DNA from: an uncultured Leptospirales bacterium | GTDB taxonomy: Bacteria > Spirochaetota > UBA4802 > JAFGJZ01 | DNA length: 24,835 bases | Assembly: GCA_964386495.1 (NCBI GenBank) | Contig: CAYLTM010000008.1 | Coordinates: 23,669-48,503, forward strand | Reading direction: 5' to 3' | Notes under the pieces: model-generated | Seen by the model: the letters and a program-made list of their open reading frames with translations, nothing else | What the model was told of the DNA's origin: nothing | Database searches by the model: none | Part shown: positions 1 through 9,226 of the stretch, in pieces | How positions within the stretch are numbered: the first letter of the stretch is position 1 | Layout: every line of letters begins with the position of its first letter | Program-made: the position numbers and the translations under genes

Positions 1-990
1 TTTTCGAAAATATAAAGTTCGAAGAAGAATTTCCAGCAGGAAAATAATAAAAGCGGCAGCGGTGAAGTATTCAAATCTGTCGTAAAACTCGTGATACGTT
101 TTCACATCGTATTCTGTTTTTTCGAGATTATCAATTTCCATAATGTTTTCCCATAAGGTTGCGGCGGTTTTCGCACGGTAAAATTTTCCACCGGTAATAT
201 CCGCCATTTTAACTAACGTTTCTTCATCGAAGTTGTCATCGAGTATATGATATCCCTTGTACTGCCCTCGCGGCACATAAATTTTGTAACGCCCTTCACT
301 TCCGATACCGACTGTATAGAGTTTTATTCCAAGTTCTTTGCATATTTTCGCGGAATTTTCAGGATCAATACTTCCTGTATTGTTTGCCCCATCCGTCAGC
401 AGAAGTATTACTTTACTTTTAGATTTAGAATCCATCATACGCGATGCCGCCATGGCGACCGCCTCGCCGACAGCAGTACCAGTTTCAGTAACAGAATCAA
501 AATCAACTTCATCAACAAGATCTTTAAGCATATCATATTCGATTGTCAATGGACATTGTAAATACGGTTCGCCGGAAAATATTATTAAACCAATTTTATC
601 AGTTTTACGATTTGATATAAATTCTTTTATCGCGGATTTCGCGACGAACAAACGGTTCTCAGGATCGAAGTCAAGTCCAAGCATCGAAATTGAAACATCC
701 AGAACCACAACAATATCAATACCTTTGTTGTTAACACTGGAATAGTTTACTCCCTTGCCTGGTCTAGCAGCCGCCAAAATGAGCAAAGCGACCGCGATAT
801 ATCGTAGAACATAAAGCTGTTTGTAAAATACCGCCCTGAGAGATTTCCCGCTTTTAATAAGAGTCGCGGATGAAACAGGTATTGACGGTTCTCTAGAAAA
901 TATTTTGTATTTATAAAATACAAACGCGGATAATACTAACGGTATTAATAACCAAAGAACTAATGGATTTTTAAATTCAAAACCGGACAT
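1..990 (-). CDS. batA: BatA-like vWA-domain membrane protein (3' end runs off the window; not in the ORF track)
   Basis: Manual translation from ATG at 990 stays open to base 1: MSGFEFKNPLVLWLLIP...AAARPG...GIDIVVVLDVSISM (MIDAS DxSxS)...FSGEPYLQCPLT...GTAVGEA...LLTDGANNTG...LYTVGIG...TGGKFYRA...C-terminal TM. It lies downstream of moxR and DUF58. Confidence 0.9.
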   Translation of the reverse strand, partial: MSGFEFKNPLVLWLLIPLVLSAFVFYKYKIFSREPSIPVSSATLIKSGKSLRAVFYKQLYVLRYIAVALLILAAARPGKGVNYSSVNNKGIDIVVVLDVSISMLGLDFDPENRLFVAKSAIKEFISNRKTDKIGLIIFSGEPYLQCPLTIEYDMLKDLVDEVDFDSVTETGTAVGEAVAMAASRMMDSKSKSKVILLLTDGANNTGSIDPENSAKICKELGIKLYTVGIGSEGRYKIYVPRGQYKGYHILDDNFDEETLVKMADITGGKFYRAKTAATLWENIMEIDNLEKTEYDVKTYHEFYDRFEYFTAAAFIIFLLEILLRTLYFRK

Positions 991-1933
991 TGCCATTCTC
1001 CCAGGTAACTTTGTTTACAAATTCTGTAAGCTCTTTCAGATTCATTTCAAGAGTATCTTTACCAGGCATGAACTCAGCGAATTTCGCGAGATCCCATAAC
1101 GATAGAATTTTACGCAGCTCCGCGTTAATGATAACCGCGTCAGATCCTATTACTGAGTGCGTTTGTATAGCGGCGATTATTTCCTCGTTTGTCATATCAT
1201 TTGCCAGAATGTTCAATGAAAGATTAATAAACTTTCTAAAAATATTAGACAGCTTGATGATATATTCTTCCAACTCATCATTCTCGATGAGCATTTCATT
1301 TTTTAAATTATTTATATCGTTATTAAAAATTGTAATCGGTGGAATATATTCCAGCATCGTGCTTTTATTTTTTTTGTTTTTAATATATCTTCTGACTAAA
1401 AATATTATTAAACCTATGACAATTATTAGTATTGCTAAAACAATAATGATCCTGCTCCAATTACCGTATAAATCGATAGGCTCCTCAATCTCAACAAACT
1501 GTCCATCAGTATTAACTGGAAGAATCTTAACTTCGGGAATATTATAACCAATTTCAATATCAGCCGTATCAAGAACTTGAATAGGCGGCATTTTATAATT
1601 TCCAGTACGTAGATAATTAACAGTCATTGTGAAAATTACATATGAGATACCCTCTTCGGATTTCTCCTCTTTGTTGATATTTTCCACAATATATATCGGT
1701 ACTTTGTTTTCAGGTTTTTCAGTTTCACCCTCGGCAGTCTCCGCGAACTTTTTATTTTCAGGCGTAATAATGTTGTAACTATTATAATCACCGATTATAG
1801 TAATTTTGAAATCAATTGACTTGCCGACTGTTGATTCATTTCTTTCGGCGGCAGCTTTAATCTGAACTGTGCTGTCGGTAGAAAATCCTATTGTTGAAAT
1901 AAATAATACAACTAATGTTAATAAAGCCTTCAC
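977..1933 (-). CDS. Bat-operon membrane protein (signal peptide, beta-rich BatD-like N-domain, one TM helix, helical C-domain; DUF4381-like)
   Basis: GTG start overlaps the DUF58 stop (TAGTG). It has an N-terminal hydrophobic signal, TM IIIVLAILIIVIGLIIFLV followed by RRYIKNKK, and a C-terminal DLAKFAE motif. This is the usual position between DUF58 and batA. Confidence 0.7.
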   Translation of the reverse strand: MKALLTLVVLFISTIGFSTDSTVQIKAAAERNESTVGKSIDFKITIIGDYNSYNIITPENKKFAETAEGETEKPENKVPIYIVENINKEEKSEEGISYVIFTMTVNYLRTGNYKMPPIQVLDTADIEIGYNIPEVKILPVNTDGQFVEIEEPIDLYGNWSRIIIVLAILIIVIGLIIFLVRRYIKNKKNKSTMLEYIPPITIFNNDINNLKNEMLIENDELEEYIIKLSNIFRKFINLSLNILANDMTNEEIIAAIQTHSVIGSDAVIINAELRKILSLWDLAKFAEFMPGKDTLEMNLKELTEFVNKVTWENGNVRF

Positions 1934-2760
1934 TAACGCACCCGCATTTTCTTTCTTTTCGCGAAATATTTCATAACTGCGTTTTCTATCGTTTCGGATG
2001 TTGATAAATTAATCATGTCAAAGCCCTGTAATTTGTTCACATCTAAAACCGGAATAGATTCCGCGTATACAACTTCGTTGCTTTCCATATCAAAAAACTG
2101 AGTCAGTCCAAAAAATGAAAAATTATTTTCGAGATCATCAGCAATCCTTACAGGAATTACATCATGTTTTCTTCTAAGACGTTTAAGTTTCAGTAAATAA
2201 TCTTCATCGAGAAAATCAGACAAAACAAATATTATGCTTCTTTTTTTTACTGTCCTTTGAACGAACTCTACCGCTTTACCGATATCAGTTTTTCTACTCG
2301 CCGGTAAATAACTGATAATGTCATTCAGCGTTTTGAGAACAAACTTCCTGCCCTTTTTCGGTTTAAAAAACACCTCAGCTTTATCTGTAAATATTACAAC
2401 AGTTATACTGTCATTATTATGCTGAGCTAAATATAAAAACAAAGTAACAGCCTCAAGCAGCACTTCCTTTTTATTACGTTCGCCGCCGAAATTCATTGAG
2501 TTCGACATATCAATCATCAAAACAATGTTGAGTTCGCGTTCTTCGACATATTCTTTAATGTAAAGTTTGTCCATACGCGCGGAAACATTCCAGTCGATAG
2601 CTTTAATGTCATCGCCGTACTCGTACTCGCGTACACTGTCAAAGAGAATCCCGTTTCCTTTAAACGCCGATTTGTAATTTCCGATAAATTCAGTGTTGAG
2701 CTTTTTCCTCGTTTCAATCTTAATTTTATCGAGAAGTGACGACGCATATTTCTTCATCAT
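1933..2760 (-). CDS. DUF58 family (vWA-like) protein, MoxR partner
   Basis: GNYKSAFKGNGILFDSVREYEYGDDIKAIDWNVSAR...YIKEYVEERE...IDMSNSM...LSDF. Overlaps the moxR stop (ATGA). Confidence 0.92.
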   Translation of the reverse strand: MMKKYASSLLDKIKIETRKKLNTEFIGNYKSAFKGNGILFDSVREYEYGDDIKAIDWNVSARMDKLYIKEYVEERELNIVLMIDMSNSMNFGGERNKKEVLLEAVTLFLYLAQHNNDSITVVIFTDKAEVFFKPKKGRKFVLKTLNDIISYLPASRKTDIGKAVEFVQRTVKKRSIIFVLSDFLDEDYLLKLKRLRRKHDVIPVRIADDLENNFSFFGLTQFFDMESNEVVYAESIPVLDVNKLQGFDMINLSTSETIENAVMKYFAKRKKMRVR

Positions 2761-3740
2761 GGAACCTCAACACTGTCAAATAGCTGTCTGCACAAAATAT
2801 CCGGCGTAATTTCTTCCGCCTCAGCTTCGTATGAAAGGATAATTCTATGACGAAGGACATCAGTTCCAATCTCTTTAATATCATCAGGAGTTACGAATCC
2901 TCTGCCTCTCATAAATGCGACACACTTCGAAGCCTTCATCAATGCTATTGACGCTCTAGGACTCGCGCCGAAATCTATAAATCTTTTAATATCATTATTT
3001 TTTGAAAATCGCGTAGCGTCAACGACATTAACAATATAATCAAGAAGCTTATCGTCAATGTATATGGACTCTATTAGATTCTTTACGTCAATTAAATCGG
3101 CGGCGTTTATTACAGTGTTAATTCTATCAACATCTATCTGCATGAAGTTTTTCAGAATGGTCTTTTCCTCTTCTTTTGTAGGATACTCTATTAGAACCTT
3201 CATGAAGAAACGGTCAAGCTGAGCCTCCGGCAGCGGATACGTACCTTCCTGCTCGATAGGATTTTCTGTAGCGAGAACCATGAAAGGATTATCAAGCTTG
3301 AAAGTATTATCACCGATGGTTACATATTTTTCCTCCATCGCCTGTAGAAGTGCAGACTGCACCTTTGCGGAAGCCCTATTTATTTCATCCGCTAAAATAA
3401 TGTTGCTGAAAATCGGTCCTTTTTTTGTAAAGAACTCCATATCTTTCGGATTAAATATTTGAGTACCGATTAAATCCGCCGGTAATATATCTGGAGTAAA
3501 TTGAATTCTTTTAAATGATGAATTTATTGTTTTTGAAAAAGATTTTATTGCCAGAGTTTTCGCGAGACCAGGCAGACCTTCTAGAAGAATATGCCCCTCG
3601 CAGAAGAAGGTTATTAGCAACCTGTCAACAAGTTTTTCCTGTCCAACAATGACCTTTTTCATTTCATTTTTTATTGTCTGCATAATTACATTTTTCAATT
3701 TTACCTGTTCGGTAATCTTTTCTATCATCTGATAATCCAT
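2757..3740 (-). CDS. moxR: MoxR family AAA+ ATPase
   Basis: HILLEGLPGLAKT (Walker A variant), RIQFTPDILPADLIG, ILADEINRA (Walker B), ATENPIEQEGTYPLPEAQLDRF, GASPRA. SD GAGGG upstream. Confidence 0.96.
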   Translation of the reverse strand: MDYQMIEKITEQVKLKNVIMQTIKNEMKKVIVGQEKLVDRLLITFFCEGHILLEGLPGLAKTLAIKSFSKTINSSFKRIQFTPDILPADLIGTQIFNPKDMEFFTKKGPIFSNIILADEINRASAKVQSALLQAMEEKYVTIGDNTFKLDNPFMVLATENPIEQEGTYPLPEAQLDRFFMKVLIEYPTKEEEKTILKNFMQIDVDRINTVINAADLIDVKNLIESIYIDDKLLDYIVNVVDATRFSKNNDIKRFIDFGASPRASIALMKASKCVAFMRGRGFVTPDDIKEIGTDVLRHRIILSYEAEAEEITPDILCRQLFDSVEVP

Positions 3741-3854
3741 AGCACCCTCTAATTATAAATATGTCTATATACTCCGCCGCCTTCCAGCTCTGTTTCCAAC
3801 AATATATTAGCGATTACTTAATTATTGGAATAATTTAATAATTTTTGTTACAAA

Positions 3855-3883
3855 AAAAAACGGGCTTATTAAGCCCGTTTTTT
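3855..3883 (-). terminator. Rho-independent terminator of the LysM lipoprotein gene (possibly bidirectional)
   Basis: Perfect stem AAAAAACGGGCTT-att-AAGCCCGTTTTTT. It gives a T9 tail on the minus strand, about 25 nt after the stop at 3908. Confidence 0.85.
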
Positions 3884-3907
3884 GTATAATTCAGATTTAA
3901 GTTAAGA

Positions 3908-5095
3908 CTATTCGTTTTCTTCAGCCTGAACTTCTTTAATAGATTTCATACCATCAATTTTAGGTATTTTGAATTTCCATCCGCCATAAATCACATCTGG
4001 ATTTTTGATTTTATCTTTGTTCGCTTCGTAAATAACTTTCCATTTACTTTCGTCGCCATAGAATTTCTTAGCGATTCTTCTTAAATAGTCAGTACCATTT
4101 TTCTTGTATTTTACGATATAGATTTCATAGCCATCACTAGTTTCTTCAATCGCACCAGCTTTACCAGAGTTAATGAAACTTGCAAGTTTCATAGCTTCTT
4201 CCGCTGATGCTATCGCTTCAGGAAATTGTTCGCCCTGATATTGATTTTTAGCAGTAGACAGCATTTCTTTAGCACCGTTTAATTCTTCAGCGGCAGCTTT
4301 TGCTTTTTTAGATTTTTCAGCGGCAGATACAGCTTTATCTGCTTCAGCGATTTTCGCGTCAGCAGCTTTTTTAGCAGACACTTTAAACGCTTCATTAGCG
4401 GCAGCCTGAGCCAAAACGATTCTGTCGTTACATGCTTTCAATTTGTCATTAGCATAAAAACCTTCCGCGTCTTTCAAATTGTCATTGGCGTTCTTTACAG
4501 ATTCTGGAGCAACTTTACTTGCATTATATTTTTCCGCTTCAGTTAAAGTATATTTAACATTGTTCATTTTTTCGTTAAAAACACCTTTTTGTGAAATAGC
4601 AATATTTTTTGCATTCTTAGCTTTTTCGTCCGCCTGAACTCCCATAATATACGCAGTCTTGTAATCTTTCTTGTTGTAAGCAGATTCAGCAGAAAGATAA
4701 CTGTTTTTAGCGTCCATGAACTCACCAGAAGCCATTTCAGTGGCAAACGCTTCATCAGCAGCAATCAATGAGCTATTTGCTATAGCAAGAACTTCTTTAG
4801 AAAGCGGCGGCAATGATTTATCATATGCAAGTTTAGCTTTACTTTCAGCTTTTATTGCAGATTCTTTAGCATCATCCATTTTATCGTCTTTAGCAAACTG
4901 CTGAGATTCGTATAAACTATTCTGAGCATCTTTGTATTCAGAGGGAGCATATTTATCAGCTTTAACTTCTGACGCGCTTGTTATCTGAACCTTTGCAGCT
5001 GTCATTTCCTTAACCGGAACAGGGTCACCGCAGCCGATTACTGCCAAAAACAACGGCAGAACCAGTATTCCCAAGTATTTTTTTTTCATAATCAT
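3908..5095 (-). CDS. Lipoprotein with repeated DUF4398-like helical units and a C-terminal LysM domain (LipL71/LruA-like)
   Basis: Lipoprotein signal MKKKYLGILVLPLFLAVIG-C. Ala/Lys/Glu-rich repeats (A..YAP.EY..A). LysM segment YIVK...DYLRRIAKKFYGDESKWKVIYEANKDKIKNPDVIYGGWKFKIP. Confidence 0.85.
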   Translation of the reverse strand: MIMKKKYLGILVLPLFLAVIGCGDPVPVKEMTAAKVQITSASEVKADKYAPSEYKDAQNSLYESQQFAKDDKMDDAKESAIKAESKAKLAYDKSLPPLSKEVLAIANSSLIAADEAFATEMASGEFMDAKNSYLSAESAYNKKDYKTAYIMGVQADEKAKNAKNIAISQKGVFNEKMNNVKYTLTEAEKYNASKVAPESVKNANDNLKDAEGFYANDKLKACNDRIVLAQAAANEAFKVSAKKAADAKIAEADKAVSAAEKSKKAKAAAEELNGAKEMLSTAKNQYQGEQFPEAIASAEEAMKLASFINSGKAGAIEETSDGYEIYIVKYKKNGTDYLRRIAKKFYGDESKWKVIYEANKDKIKNPDVIYGGWKFKIPKIDGMKSIKEVQAEENE

Positions 5096-5145
5096 TCTCC
5101 TAAATTTAATAAAAAAATTTATAATATATAAAATCCAATCCGTTG

Positions 5146-5484
5146 CTACTTTGAAAAAGAAGCTAATGCATCATCTTCCTTGTCAAATATCTCAAAGAAC
5201 GATGTGAGCTTTGTTAATTCAAAAACTTTTCTAACAGAAGCAAACACATTAATAATCTTTAAACCGCCTTGATATTTCTTCAAGTTCGATAAACTAGATA
5301 TCAGAGCACCAATTCCAGAAGAATCTATATAAGTTACTTTCTCAAGATTGATTATAACATTATATTTCTGCGCTTCTATCAACTGATTAATGATATCCTT
5401 AATTTCAGGAGCATTGTACAGATCTATTTCGCCGGTAATGTCCAGTACAACAATACCACTCTTCTCTCTTTGATTTATCTCCAT
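5146..5484 (-). CDS. STAS-domain anti-sigma factor antagonist (RsbV/SpoIIAA-like)
   Basis: GEIDLYNAPEIK...INLEKVTYIDSSGIGALI (phosphorylatable Ser motif)...VRKVFELTKL. Start moved to ATG 5484, which has SD AAGGAG upstream. Confidence 0.93.
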   Translation of the reverse strand: MEINQREKSGIVVLDITGEIDLYNAPEIKDIINQLIEAQKYNVIINLEKVTYIDSSGIGALISSLSNLKKYQGGLKIINVFASVRKVFELTKLTSFFEIFDKEDDALASFSK

Positions 5485-5535
5485 TTCAGCTATCTCCTTA
5501 ATCAAAAAAATGGGCAGAGGAATTAAACAAAACTC

Positions 5536-5563
5536 AAACTAAATACTTTAAATTCATTGTCAA
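5536..5563 (-). promoter_or_regulatory. Putative sigma70 promoter for the STAS and lipoprotein genes
   Basis: Minus strand TTGACA-16 nt-TAGTTT, about 50 nt upstream of the STAS ATG. Confidence 0.45.
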
Positions 5564-5727
5564 GTTAATTAATGATTAATTTATCTAAAAAATCAAAAAA
5601 TTTTACTGTTGACCAGCAGTTTCACTTGAAATAATCATCAATAAGATTGTAACTGCTCATAATTTCGCGGCGATTACAGATCTACGTTAACAAAAAAGGT
5701 CTTTGCACCGACATGTTTGATTATTTA

Positions 5728-5878
5728 GGCTGTCGATTTATCTCTGACAGCCAGATCGGGTACAGGATGTACCCGCATTTTAGATGATTTTCCTTCGAAA
5801 ATCATCTAAAATGTGAGGAATTCCGAATTTATTTCGGAATTCCGACATGTCGATTTTACAGGATGTATAAATCGACAT
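5728..5878. repeat. Cluster of five adjacent palindromes (REP/BIME-like mosaic)
   Basis: GGCTGTC..GACAGCC (5728-5752); CGGGTACA-gga-TGTACCCG (5757-5775); 17-bp stem CATTTTAGATGATTTTC-cttc-GAAAATCATCTAAAATG (5776-5813); GGAATTCCGAA-tttat-TTCGGAATTCC (5817-5843); ATGTCGATTTTACA-gga-TGTATAAATCGACAT (5847-5878). Confidence 0.85.
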
Positions 5879-5933
5879 CCTTATTATAAAGAATAGTCAA
5901 AACATACGAAGCATTTGTAAAAAGGATTAATCA

Positions 5934-6785
5934 TTGAAAAAAACAGTAATCAGCATAATAAAAATATTATCGGCAATAATAATCATACCATGCGTTTCAA
6001 TTTTATTAGTTATATTATTGAAACAAATCTTAATAATAAATCAAAAAAGCGTGATAAAACCAAATTTTAACGGCAATACTATTTACAATGCAGTTAATTT
6101 AACTACTATTGTATATATCGGAACTAAAATGAATAAACCGCTAATAAAAGTTGTTAAAAATTCGGTTTACCGAAATAATTTTAATCTAATAATAATTCCG
6201 CCAATTACGAAAAATCCACTGCATGAAAATAATCGTAAAAAAGAAATTAAAAATATTCAGCGGATTTACAAATCTATCGCGGTAAATAATATAGTGTATA
6301 ACAAAATATTTATCATTAGTTCGGGATATTCTTCGTTATTTCATTTAGCGTTACTTCAAAGCGGCGATATTTATCCATACAGCAACATTATGATTAATCC
6401 CGCATGGCAAAATGATAATAATATAAGTAATAATAATTTTGATTATGCTGTGTACAAAAATTATGTCCGGCAACTTTTTTGGAGAGCCCTTTCATCGGCA
6501 GACAAACTGATTAATTATTTTTTTTCCGGATTAAACAGCAACAGCATATATGATAAATACGCTTCAAGAAATTTTGTTAATCGTCTTCGAATAAATGAAG
6601 CCGGAAAAAAACACAACAGAAATTTAATAACATTGATAATCAGCAATAATAAAGAAGAACAATATCATTCTTTGGGGGAATTTCTTCTAAAAAATAATAA
6701 TCTGCAAATCGAACTTATTGATGAAAAATATAAATCTAAAGAACAAGCGATAACAGATCTGCTGAATGATATTACTCAACAATGA
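5934..6785 (+). CDS. Hypothetical membrane-anchored protein, very AT-rich, possibly a degenerate alpha/beta-hydrolase fold
   Basis: 283-aa ORF with TTG start, SD-like AAGGA and an N-terminal hydrophobic helix. The segment KIFIISSGYSSLFHLALL...SNIMINPAW resembles a strand-elbow-helix-strand-Pro pattern. Confidence 0.6.
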   Translation: MKKTVISIIKILSAIIIIPCVSILLVILLKQILIINQKSVIKPNFNGNTIYNAVNLTTIVYIGTKMNKPLIKVVKNSVYRNNFNLIIIPPITKNPLHENNRKKEIKNIQRIYKSIAVNNIVYNKIFIISSGYSSLFHLALLQSGDIYPYSNIMINPAWQNDNNISNNNFDYAVYKNYVRQLFWRALSSADKLINYFFSGLNSNSIYDKYASRNFVNRLRINEAGKKHNRNLITLIISNNKEEQYHSLGEFLLKNNNLQIELIDEKYKSKEQAITDLLNDITQQ

Positions 6786-8676
6786 TTATTTCGGCGATGC
6801 CGTCTGTCATGTAGCCGCCCAGCGATTCGACTTTTGTTAAAAATTCAGGGTTTTTTAAAGCCGCGATAAACCGCTGAACCTTATCATCCTGGAGATTATC
6901 AAAACTTGTAAGAAAATCGTAATCCTCCACACCGGCTTCGATAAAATTCAAACCATAGAAAAACGCCGCCGAATAAACGCCGACCGCCGCTGACGCGAAA
7001 CCATTTTTAACGGCATTGGCACATTCACTATGCGTATAGACCTCTTTTCCGTAACCGTTTATATCATCAGGGTTGATTCCATTTTGTTTAAGAAGGTAAT
7101 CCAGCAGAATCCTTGTGCCGGAACCTTTTTGCCTGTTTATGAATCGGCAATTTAATTTCGCTATACCGGAGATATCTGTTATGCCGAGAGGATTTTCTGG
7201 AGCGGTCATTATTCCCTGTATTCGTTTGAGGCCTTTTATTAATGCCATTTTTTTTGACGGAAAATATTTTTTCACGTAACTTATGTTGTAAATACCGGAA
7301 GATTCATCAAGAAGGTGTATCGGCGCGATGTGGCAGTCATTGTTCAGCAGCGACAGAATCCCCCCCATGCTGCCAAAGTTCGACGACGATATAGGAATAT
7401 AGTCTGATAGGATATCCATAACCATGTCGTGACTTCCGATTGAGATTACGCGATCTTTTATTGCGGTTTCCGGCTCCAGCAAGGTTATTTGAACCATTGA
7501 GTTTTTCTCGACACCCTCGCAGCTGCGCGGAATCTCCAGTATGCCGCCTGATCTCACCAGACTCATTAATGAGCCGGCACCTCCCGAGGCAGGCGACGCG
7601 ATAAACCCGCCGTTTATGTAGCCGGTGTTGACGCGGATGTATTCAGTGTGCTTGAATGACGAAACGATTCTTTTAGTAAGCCGAGCGGTGATTACCGTCG
7701 CCTCGTCAGACTCCCTTCCAGTGACTCGGAAGATATACGGTTTCACGAAAAGATTATATGTGATGAACGCGGACACCGGATAGCCCGGCAGACAAAAGAC
7801 CGGCTTGTTATTTACAACAGCGATGATGACTGGTTTGCCGGGTTTTATCGCGACACCATGAATAAGCACCTTGCCGACCTCTTCGAGAATTTTCACAGAA
7901 TAGTCTTCTGTGCCAGCGGAAGATCCCGCGTTGATAATCACAATATCGCAGCTTTCTACCGCGCTTAGAATCACCCCTTTGATTGATTCGTAGTTGTCAT
8001 TTACAGGACTAAACTTTTTCGCTATGCCGCCGTTTTCTTCAACCATGTGTATCAGCATATGCGAATTTGACTCGACAATTTTACCTTGTGTGAGATTCTC
8101 GGCTTTATCGACCAGCTCGCTTCCGGTGGGAATGATAGCCGTAACCGGTTTTTTGAATAATTTAACTGTATCAATGCCAGCAGTAATCATCGCGGCGACA
8201 TCATAAGGTTTGATTACATGCTTCATGGGAATTACCATGCCGCCTTCAACAATGTCCTCGCCGACAGGTCTGATGTGCTGAAAAGGCGGCGCCGGCGCGG
8301 AAATCCTGACTGAACCGTCGTCCAGCTGCACAATATCTTCAATCATTATCACAGCGTCAAACGGATCATTTACCGGAGTGCCGGTGTTAACAAATACAAA
8401 ATCCCTTTCAGGAAAAAGCGTCATCGGACTTATAATCGACGCGGACGAGGTAATCTTCGCTGTAACCGCTATGCCGTCCATGGCGGACGCATTATAGAAT
8501 GGCGACGAATATTTCGCGAATACCGCTGACGCGCTGACTCTAAAACAGGATGTCTCTACCGCTGACTCCTCAACGGCTGACACATCCGGAAGATTTTTCA
8601 ATGCGGCGAGGGCATCCGCCAGATCGGTATTATTTATAAACACTTTACGTTCCGTGATTTTTTTATTATCAATCAT
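6772..8676 (-). CDS. moeA: Molybdopterin biosynthesis protein: MoeA domain fused to a C-terminal periplasmic-binding-protein-like (LysR substrate-binding/PBP) domain
   Basis: SPFYNASAMDGIAV, VNTG.P....DAVIMIED, IIPTGSELV, GKIVESN, INAGSSAGTEDY, HGVAIKPGKP, LPGYPVSA. C-domain IGSHD...GSMGGI...FINRQKGSGTRILLD. Confidence 0.93.
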   Translation of the reverse strand: MIDNKKITERKVFINNTDLADALAALKNLPDVSAVEESAVETSCFRVSASAVFAKYSSPFYNASAMDGIAVTAKITSSASIISPMTLFPERDFVFVNTGTPVNDPFDAVIMIEDIVQLDDGSVRISAPAPPFQHIRPVGEDIVEGGMVIPMKHVIKPYDVAAMITAGIDTVKLFKKPVTAIIPTGSELVDKAENLTQGKIVESNSHMLIHMVEENGGIAKKFSPVNDNYESIKGVILSAVESCDIVIINAGSSAGTEDYSVKILEEVGKVLIHGVAIKPGKPVIIAVVNNKPVFCLPGYPVSAFITYNLFVKPYIFRVTGRESDEATVITARLTKRIVSSFKHTEYIRVNTGYINGGFIASPASGGAGSLMSLVRSGGILEIPRSCEGVEKNSMVQITLLEPETAIKDRVISIGSHDMVMDILSDYIPISSSNFGSMGGILSLLNNDCHIAPIHLLDESSGIYNISYVKKYFPSKKMALIKGLKRIQGIMTAPENPLGITDISGIAKLNCRFINRQKGSGTRILLDYLLKQNGINPDDINGYGKEVYTHSECANAVKNGFASAAVGVYSAAFFYGLNFIEAGVEDYDFLTSFDNLQDDKVQRFIAALKNPEFLTKVESLGGYMTDGIAEIIIVE

Positions 8677-8678
8677 GG

Positions 8679-9077
8679 TTATAATAAACCGCTAAGCTCA
8701 CTCAAAAGACCTGTAAACGAATTCCACAACACTGAAAAATCACGGTTAACAAAACTGTTAACGCCGTATGCCTTGTCTATGCCGAAAGCGTAATAACCAA
8801 CAGCTAACTGTCCGATGCTGAAAAACCCGAACGCCATTTGCCCGAAACAGAACAGCAGTCCAACACCGATCTGCATGACAGAGACTACACCTAAGCCCAT
8901 CTGTGCGGCAATAATCACCCCAAGACCCATCTGGCTGATGTTCACTACGCCGATACCCATCCAGCCGATTGAGATTATTCCCCGCGGAAAGGCACCAATC
9001 GCGATAATACCCTTCGGACAAAGACCTACAGATAAAATATTTATTTCTCTATTAAAGAGATTGATTTTGAGATTCAT
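8679..9077 (-). CDS. Small glycine-rich hydrophobic protein with ~10-residue Q-x-G-x-G repeats
   Basis: ORF ends 2 nt before the moeA ATG. Start is ATG 9077 or GTG 9086. Periodic units SQMGLGVI/AQMGLGVV/MQIGVGLL/GQMAFGFF/GQLAVGYY. Confidence 0.7.
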   Translation of the reverse strand: MNLKINLFNREINILSVGLCPKGIIAIGAFPRGIISIGWMGIGVVNISQMGLGVIIAAQMGLGVVSVMQIGVGLLFCFGQMAFGFFSIGQLAVGYYAFGIDKAYGVNSFVNRDFSVLWNSFTGLLSELSGLL

Positions 9078-9210
9078 GAGTTTCACCCGACTTGTTTGTG
9101 AAAATATTCGAGATTTCTTCTATGATAATGATTCTAATTACTACAAATTTATTGCTCTGGCACAGTGTTTGTCAAGTAAGAAACTATGTGGTCGGACAAT
9201 TTATGAAAAT

Positions 9211-9226
9211 AAATGGTGTCAGAGAA
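9211..9226. repeat. Family-B repeat copy (AAATGGTGTCAGAGAA); partial copies at 9154-9163 and 9300-9310
   Basis: Reverse complement of the CTCTGACACCATTT core seen at 11750 and elsewhere. Confidence 0.65.

Noticed and set aside
247-1547. Plus-strand ORFs 247-561, 338-745 and 990-1547
   Set aside because: They are antisense shadows of batA and the Bat membrane gene.
1-3740. moxR-DUF58-batA operon as a novel system
   Set aside because: This is a well-known arrangement (Bat operon of Bacteroides and Leptospira), with intact motifs and no anomalies seen.
5485-5505. Longer N-terminus for the STAS protein given by the ORF track
   Set aside because: It contains the SD (AAGGAG), so ATG 5484 is the better start.
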